Source: Rhodosorus marinus CCMP1338 (lineage: Eukaryota; Plantae; Rhodophyta). Taken from it: a DNA stretch of 64,000 nucleotides. The notes beneath the pieces are model-generated. The model saw only the letters and a list, made by a program, of their open reading frames with translations. It made no database searches and had not been told where the DNA came from. This document shows, piece by piece, positions 56,993 through 64,000 of the stretch. The stretch covers positions 434,001 to 498,000 of the forward strand of contig JAMWBK010000012.1 in NCBI GenBank assembly GCA_029953675.1, written 5' to 3'. Each line of letters starts with the position of its first letter. Position 1 is the first letter of the stretch. The translations under genes and the position numbers were made by a program.

Positions 56993-58747
56993 ATGGATTT
57001 ACTGGCTTTATTGGACTTGACTTTACTAGCATAGCCTGAAGCGCTACGCAAGGCGTGAAGATGAACTAATAACTAGGGAGGGAAGCATGCAACCCCAGGC
57101 GCCGATGGCGCGCCTCGGAAAGCATGTCGCTGGAATATCGCCAAAGGGCGTTATTAGCATAGCCTACAGCGCTACGCAAACCGCGAAAAGGAACTAAGAA
57201 CTAGGTAGGGAAACGTGCAAACCCAGGCGCCGATGGCGCGCCTCGGCCAGCATGCTGCTCGAATATCGCCACAGAGAGACACTTAAGCGCCGCAAAATTT
57301 CCAAGTATTCAACAGGATGCTCAGTGAAACATTTCCGCAACCACTCCAAACCCGACTTCTCCACGTGACCAAAGCTTTCCACAATGAAAGGCTGGAACCG
57401 GTGGGAGCGACCCTCAGCGCGAGGCAGGCTGGCCATACTCTCAGCATACCGTCGTTCCTTCACGCGGCGAAGGGCCGAAGCAGCTGCTCCCCGGCGGCGG
57501 GCGGCAGCCGTGAGATGGGCGCTTGCCACAAAAATCCATCTCATCTGCCGGAATCGAAGCAGCGACCCTAGGATAGCTGCCGCAACTACAGTCATTCATT
57601 CAACTACAGTCCCATGCTCTGCCAACTGAGCTAAGATGAGTGGTGTATGGATTTACTGGACTTTACTAGCATAGCCTGAAGCGCTACGCAAGGCGTGAAG
57701 ATGAACTAATAACTAGGGAGGGAAGCATGCAACCCCAGGCGCCGATGGCGCGCCTCGGAAAGCATGTCGCTGGAATATCGCCAAAGGGAGACACTTAAAC
57801 GCCTCAAGAGCGCCAAATATTCAGTAGGATGCTCAGCAAAACATTTCCGCAACCACTCTAAACCCGACTTATCGACGTGACCAAAGCTTTCCACAATGAA
57901 TGGCTGGAACCGGTGAGAGCGACCCTCAGCGCAAGGCAGACTGGCCATGCTCTCAGCATACCGTCGTTCCTTAACTCTTCGAAGGGCTGAAGCCGCGGCC
58001 CCCCGGCGGCGGGCGGCTGCGGTGAGGTGGGCGCTGGCCACGGGGCAGGTAATCGCAAGGTCCACATATGTTGAGCGTCTGGCAGCAGCGTCGGAGACGA
58101 GGAGATCGGCTATACAACGGGGCGGTGCAGAGTCCGAGATGGATCTGGGCAGTTCCGACTCAACCTCAACCGTATGCCCTATCCGAGTCAAAAATTCGCT
58201 GAGGATGTACTTGAGGCGAGTGTGACGCCTCGTACGGAGACCTCGCAACAGTCCGCAGGAACCCAGGAAGTGGTAGCCACAAGCGTCAATCCGGCTCTCA
58301 CATCCCTGACAGAAAGACGGCCGATTAGAGTGCCACGGAGCCTGTGGCAAACCGAGATAGATGCGTGCGGCAGAACGGAACTGGAAAGCATCGAGACGAT
58401 GACTCAATGACGACGGTAGAGTGGTTAACCACAAGTGCGAGAGGTGGCCTCCCATGCCGCGGAGACGAGCGGCAGTGGTAGGCGGCGTGAGAGGAGAATT
58501 GAGCATGACTGTGGATTTACTAGCACAGTCTGAAGCGCTTCGCAGGGTGTGAAAGGAAACCAGAAACTAGGGAGAAAAGCGTGCAAACTCAGGCGGCGAT
58601 GGCGCGCCTCGGCGAGCATGCTCCCATAGCGCGACAATTAACCGGGTAGGGTCCCAGATATTCAACCGAATGGGCAGTAAAACATTTCCGCATCCACTCC
58701 AAGCTGGACTTTTCCATTTGCCCAAGGTTTTCCACCATGAAACGTAG
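56993..58747 (-). mobile_element. Five-unit array: A (56993-57148), A' (57151-57529), pre-tRNA (57530-57648), A (57649-58513), older-type A (58514-58747)
   Basis: All units co-oriented and abutting; candidate TSD gcacctcat(a/g)ct(g/a)g at 56979-56992 and 58748-58761. Confidence 0.85.
57539..57640 (-). tRNA. tRNA-Tyr: tRNA-Tyr(GTA) with 11-nt canonical 37/38 intron; disrupted (7-nt insertion plus 11-bp TSD, and G53C)
   Basis: Acceptor stem CTCATCT/AGATGAG + A73; D arm GCTC-AGTTGGCA-GAGC; anticodon arm TGGGA-CTGTAG[intron]A-TCCTA; T loop TTCGATT; no encoded CCA; TTTTT 4 nt downstream. Confidence 0.93.
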
Positions 58748-58849
58748 GCACCTCATGCTAGTCTCGGGCTAATAACTAAAGACCAGACTTGGTTGGAGAC
58801 AGACGGGAGCGCGGATTAAGCTACGACACACCGATGGCGTGCCCTATTC

Positions 58850-59125
58850 ACCGGGCCAACGACTGCACGCCTTCCAGTTCCGGACTCCGGCCGCACTGGG
58901 CAAACCCAAGTAGGCCTCATCTGCTTGGGTTTGCCACAGGCCCCTTGGCATTCCAATCACTTTTCCTTTCTGCCAAGGTTGTAGGAGCCGTATCGACGGA
59001 TGCAGGTACCATTATCTGGGCTCCTGCGGATTACTGCGAGGTATTCGCGCGAAGAGACACAGTCACCTGAAATACACCCTGAGCGAACACTTGACAAGAG
59101 TTGGCTGCACGGTCGAGGTGGAATA
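58850..59125 (+). mobile_element. Old family A CCHC-region fragment
   Basis: LGLPQAPWHSN...GCRYHYLGSCG remnants. Confidence 0.7.
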
Positions 59126-59193
59126 GCCCCTACCTAGTACACCCTCCGCAACCACCTCTAACCCCATCTCAAAGATTTCGCTTATAGAAACAC

Positions 59194-59795
59194 GTTAGTT
59201 GCCCGGCGGTGAAAGGTGCTCGAACCCGCCGCCACACACGGATCTTGAACCTGTTATACCGGGAACTTCGGCCTATAGTCCGGCAAGCCGGTCTGGAAAT
59301 CGAACGTGAGAAACCTTTACCCGTCGCGGACTTTCAAAATGATGAACGCCGTGTAGCCGACCTGGTGATCACCTGTGACGACAGCCGCCGTACCACATAC
59401 GTTGATCTTGCTGTTCCTAACCCTCAAGCTAGTCGTTATCTCCCGGCTGCGGGGGAGCGCCGTGGATCTGCCGCCGCCAGCATGAGACGCCGCAAAGAGA
59501 TCAAATACGCGGGGGCTTTGTCTTCCCCTGGTGTTCGTGCTTCGGCACTAGCACATCGCTTGGTACCCCTGATCATTGAGTGCTTTGGGTTGATGGACTC
59601 TGTTGGTTCTCGCTGGCTTCGGGAGTTGTTCCGCGAACGCCCTGACCGTCTTCAATCGTTGTTTACCCGCTTAAGTTTCCTGCTGTGGCGCATGAATGCC
59701 GCTTTGATGTTGGAGGCGCGAGTACTTCGCCGCGCTTAGTCTTTTTTTCCCCTCGGGGTTTTTTTTTTTCAGCCTCCGATTAAACCATTCGTTCG
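59194..59795 (+). mobile_element. Young family B 0.6-kb 3' fragment with 11-bp TSD
   Basis: TSD tatagaaacac at 59183-59193 and 59796-59806. Confidence 0.95.
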
Positions 59796-59823
59796 TATAG
59801 AAACACATTGACTCTGATTCAGT

Positions 59824-61101
59824 CCAACCTGCAGCCGCAGTAGGGGCCTGGGGAACCGCACTTCCCACTTTGAGCAGCTTGGGTATCTCGAAGTTCCGCA
59901 ATTTGATGGCGAGCCTCTCGCGGGGTGTCTTGCTTCCCAGCGTACCGGAAAGCGCCCAAGACTTGTTTCTGGAGCTCCAAACCGCCCTGAATTCCTGTAC
60001 TAGTCTCCCCGAAACCGTTCAACCCCGTCTTCCTGACTGGCGAGCTGTATTTAACCGCTCTCGAGGCTCCGCCCCGGGGATTCGTCCTGCGCCTGAACCT
60101 GTTCTAGGGGAGATTGACCCAGTGGTTGCCGCAGAAGAAGAAGTTCCAGTTGATCCTCCTGATGATTCCCAGCGCGCTGGGAGCCGAGCTCAAGCACGCA
60201 CGGATGCGCTGCAAAATATCCTTTCTTGGGACTTGCACCGTGCTGCATATGGCCGACTCCTCGCGCAGATGGTCTCATCTTCTCGCGCTCGCGCCCGCCT
60301 ACGTAGTCTTGGAGGGGTTATTAGCTCTCAGTGGCTCATGACCGTACCAGCCTTTCCGCCACTCACACTGTCGGATTTCGAAGTGCGTACTTCACTGCGC
60401 TTATACCTCGGCTTACATCAGCCCCCTTGGCCGTACGAGATGGTTCGTCGTGCCCTCTCTGCTCTCAGACTGAAGACAACGCAGATTTTGGCGCCCACCT
60501 GCTCGCTAGTTGCCCGGCGGTGAAAGGTGCTCGAACCCGCCGCCACACACGGATCTTGAACCTGTTATACCGGGAACTTCGGCCTATAGTCCGGCAAGCC
60601 GGTCTGGAAATCGAACGTGAGAAACCTTTACCCGTCGCGGACTTTCAAAATGATGAACGCCGTGTAGCCGACCTGGTGATCACCTGTGACGACAGCCGCC
60701 GTACCACATACGTTGATCTTGTTGTTCCTAACCCTCAAGCTAGTCGTTATCTCCCGGCTGCGGGGGAGCGCCGTGGATCTGCCGCCGCCAGCATGAGACG
60801 CCGCAAAGAGATCAAATACGCGGGGGCTTTGTCTTCCCCTGGTGTTCGTGCTTCGGCACTAGCACATCGCTTGGTACCCCTGATCATTGAGTGCTTTGGG
60901 TTGATGGACTCTGTTGGTTCTCGCTGGCTTCGGGAGTTGTTCCGCGAACGCCCTGACCGTCTTCAATCGTTGTTTACCCGCTTAAGTTTCCTGCTGTGGC
61001 GCATGAATGCCGCTTTGATGTTGGAGGCGCGAGTACTTCGCCGCGCTTAGTCTTTTTTTCCCCTCGGGGTTTTTTTTTCAGCCTCCGATTAAACCATTCG
61101 T
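59824..61101 (+). mobile_element. Young family B 1.28-kb 3' fragment
   Basis: Near-identical to 11077-12358; single-G loss at 60442-60443. Confidence 0.95.
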
Positions 61102-61229
61102 TCGACTTGTCTCTTTAGGCCATGTCTAGTTTTAGGATTTTTCTCTACTTAAGGTCTTTTGACCTTGGTTTAAGATCGGAGTCAACATAAACACATGCTG
61201 GATTTAGAAGTCCAGCTTGTCTTTACTGC

Positions 61230-61380
61230 TATGACACTAGGGGCAAAAACGTGTATACCCAGGCGGCGATGGCGCGCCTCGGCGAGCATGCTGCTAGAAT
61301 ACCACCACAGAGCGACGCTTAACGGTGAAAAGGAACTAAGAACTAGGTAGAGAAGTATGCAAACCCAGGCGCCGATGATG
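61230..61380 (-). mobile_element. Two short old family A 3' remnants
   Basis: ggcggcgatggcgcgcctcggcgagcatg and gaaaaggaactaagaactagg. Confidence 0.6.
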
Positions 61381-61631
61381 CACTGCTATGACACGGCTTG
61401 TGAAATTTTGGTCCTTGCCCAACAAGCAATGCAACGTCTTTGATGGTCTTCCTAACGTCTTTCATAGCCTTACTAGGAATCAGCCTTCCCGATTAGAGGC
61501 TTGTAACGCAAGAAGTAAAAGCAAAACTAGTTCAATACACCTTTCATGGTCTACCTACCTCCTCTTATCACCGCAAAAAAATCTGGAGATACCGGATTAC
61601 AAGACTTTTCTGACAGACCGCACTGAAGATT

Positions 61632-62055
61632 GGAACAGCCTTCTCACGGAATTGTCTCTGACTCTCTGGTTTACTGGAAAACTAACAACTCCGGGTGCCT
61701 GTCTGGGGAGAGGAAAAAGGGAAGGGACTATCTGGTGTTCGACCGCTGCTTTGTTGTTGGACGCGTCATCAGCGTCCCTCTTTCCGCTCCTCAGGGTACA
61801 TAGGCTCCGAATACGGATTCCAAGACTTTTCCGACCTCCCAACATCGAACCGCACCAAAACAACGGTTGACGATGGGAACAGCCTTCTCACGGAACTGTC
61901 TCTGGCTCTCTGGTTCCTGGAAAACTAACAACTCCGGGTGCGTGGTCTACGAGAGTAAAAAGGGAAATGACTGTCTGGTGTTCGACCGCTGCTTTGTTGT
62001 TGGACCCGTCATCAGCGCCCCACTTCGGCTCCTCAGGATCCATAGCTCCGAATAA
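61632..62055. repeat. Diverged direct duplication, period 244 bp
   Basis: ggaacagccttctcacgga...ctccgaata at 61632 and 61876. Confidence 0.85.
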
Positions 62056-62181
62056 ACTGTTCATCATCACATCAACGAAGTTGCGGTTGGAGCTCGCCGG
62101 GGATTTCTAGATTCACGACACTTTTTATTTATCAGTCGTGGGGAAGTTTGTGGAGTCCGAACCGGATATGCATCGACTAGT

Positions 62182-62205
62182 TAATTAAACCATTCGTTCG
62201 TTCGT
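62182..62205 (+). mobile_element. Family B 24-nt tail-only insertion
   Basis: taattaaaccattcgttcgttcgt flanked by tcgactagt (62173-62181) and tcgactcgt (62206-62214). Confidence 0.75.
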
Positions 62206-64000
62206 TCGACTCGTATACCGGATTCCCTCCCAATTAGCCAACACGTGTACCTAGGTGCTCTAATAATCCTCCAATTTTTTCCATTCATTCAATAATCCTC
62301 CAATACATGATGACCACTTTTGTCAGGAATCCTCATTGATTCTAATTCGGTTCTACTGTACACTATCTACACACCAATTGTATTATCCCACCCACGGTTT
62401 CTACTCTGTAACTTTCCAACTATCCCAAGCACAAGTTCAGTCCCGTAAAACAGACGAGGAGGGCCGTTTCCTTCGTCATTGCCGAGGAAACGGAAAAACC
62501 TAGATATACGGAGAGAACATATGTAGTATATGTTCTGAGGATTTTTTTGTTTAATTAAGGTTTACATCTGTAAACAATAGGGAATATTCTAGGCTCTATT
62601 GGCATTAGATATAGTACGAAGAACTATAAATATATATAGAAAGGTATAAAATTCTCGAACGTGAATTTTATATAGGGTACCCTATAAATTCCAAGTCCCT
62701 CCCAGTCCGGCTCCATGCGCAGGTCTACAAGTGTCCCAATGTACAATGCCGGCGACTCTCATCCGTAAATGTACTTTCATTTCCTCGGGAACCGCATCAT
62801 CTTCATTCGGGAACATAAATTCGCGTCTTGCACCCCGTTGGGTGCTACGCGCGAAGCTGTTCCTCGTCCGCAAGGTCGCGTTAGGCCTGCTCCTGCTTAG
62901 GGCCAGAAGCTATGTTAGTAAAGCCACCGTCAAGAGAAGTCGACGTTCCTGAACATGGGTTGTTTGGGGTCAGTTTGCCGCGATTCGTGTAAGAGAGTGA
63001 ACTCTAATCGTCATTGGCACGCAGAGGCCGGGGGAGAGGAGACAAGACTAATTCATTATTCTTTTGGAGCGCTGGGAGTTTCTTCCGTGACCACACTGAC
63101 GCTCTCGAGAATATTATATTTCTTTTCGGATTCTCCGTCTCCGCACCGCCGTTCTTAGTTGGGAGGCCAGCTCCCGCATGTTCCCTGGGCTCCCGCACCT
63201 TCCCTAGCGTGCTACATTCCGGAATCTTACCATGCTACTAAACAGATCTTTCCGTCTGCACGGACACGAATAAATTTTGTTTCTATTCCCCTAGTAATTC
63301 CGGAGGCGCACTCCCGTGCCGCATTCCGCAACTTTAGCCTTCTATTAAACTGATCATTCCCCCTGAAATGACATGAATAAAAGCTTGTTTCTACACTGGT
63401 GGTTTTACTAATTCAATTGAAGTCTGCACCGCTCTGCACCGCTCCATACAGCCCGTTCTTGAAATTCAGAGGGGAATTGAACTGGCAGCGCTGGGTGTTT
63501 GCCTGTCGCGTGTGCACAAATTTCGGGGAAAAATCCGGTCTTTGCTCGTATTTCCCAAGCTCTTCTTCGTTGAAGACGGAGAGTCAGCCGTCGTCTCATC
63601 GCGAGTTCTCTGGATCATTCGAAGTATTTCATTCTCCATTTTTGGTGTATCTAGAGCGAAATAAGAGCCTTAATGGTGCGGCTCGGTAGATAGTTGCCAA
63701 CCAACGGCCACAAGGTCCCCCCGTTCCCGCCCAACGCGAGCTACTTCCGGAGGAATATTGCATGTCGTAGCGTTTTTTAGCGCCACTGTGAGTGGTTGCC
63801 AATGCAGCTACGGTTCTACGAACAGACTGTCTTCAAATAGAAGTTGAATAAGCTCAACTGTCGATTGTCTACGAAATCCTTGACCTCCAATTCATCTCAC
63901 TAAACTTCTGTCCCCTCTCCGTAGTTTCCCCAACCTGTAATCCCGCATTGTGTGACTAGGCAATCTATTCCTGCAACACATGATGACAATTTGGGTCAGC

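Noticed and set aside
1269-63689. The many short ORFs antisense to, or overlapping, retrotransposon and host ORFs (e.g. 1269-1772, 44944-45603, MWTLRLPAPW repeats)
   Set aside because: Shadow frames of GC-rich coding sequence; they recur only because the elements are repeated.
1-64000. CRISPR array or prokaryotic defence system suggested by recurring short repeats
   Set aside because: The repeats are retrotransposon tails and 3' ends with irregular spacing; no cas-like ORFs, and the context is eukaryotic.

Overview
Eukaryotic nuclear DNA (U2 snRNA, intron-containing tRNA, intronless secreted-protein genes; a unicellular alga such as a red alga is my unverified guess). Roughly half of the window, by eye, consists of three families of non-LTR retrotransposons with a C-terminal restriction-like endonuclease (CRE/SLACS-like RT motifs, here called A, B and C). 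It holds one near-full-length A (4467-9135, minus), one near-full-length C (~25560-30440, plus), only 5'-truncated B copies, and dozens of short 3' fragments. Six intact-looking host ORFs sit as islands: EGF+C2 protein, SLC4 anion transporter and four secreted unknowns. The most notable signal is how these elements integrate. (1) They form head-to-tail composite insertions, one of which is bracketed by a single 12-bp target-site duplication (TSD). (2) Two arrays contain host small RNAs between element 3' fragments: a structurally intact U2 lacking about its first 4 nt, and a unit matching a complete pre-tRNA-Tyr transcript (leader, intron, U5 trailer). (3) They leave 7-39 nt tail-only insertions flanked by 4-12 bp TSDs. 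(4) Two inverted B copies carry reciprocally swapped TSDs, the signature of a ~4.9 kb inversion or a misassembly. My interpretation (inference) is an RT with strong template jumping that generates U2-head and tRNA-head/LINE-tail chimeras, i.e. proto-SINEs. Coordinates of degenerate fragments are approximate, and no database searches were run.
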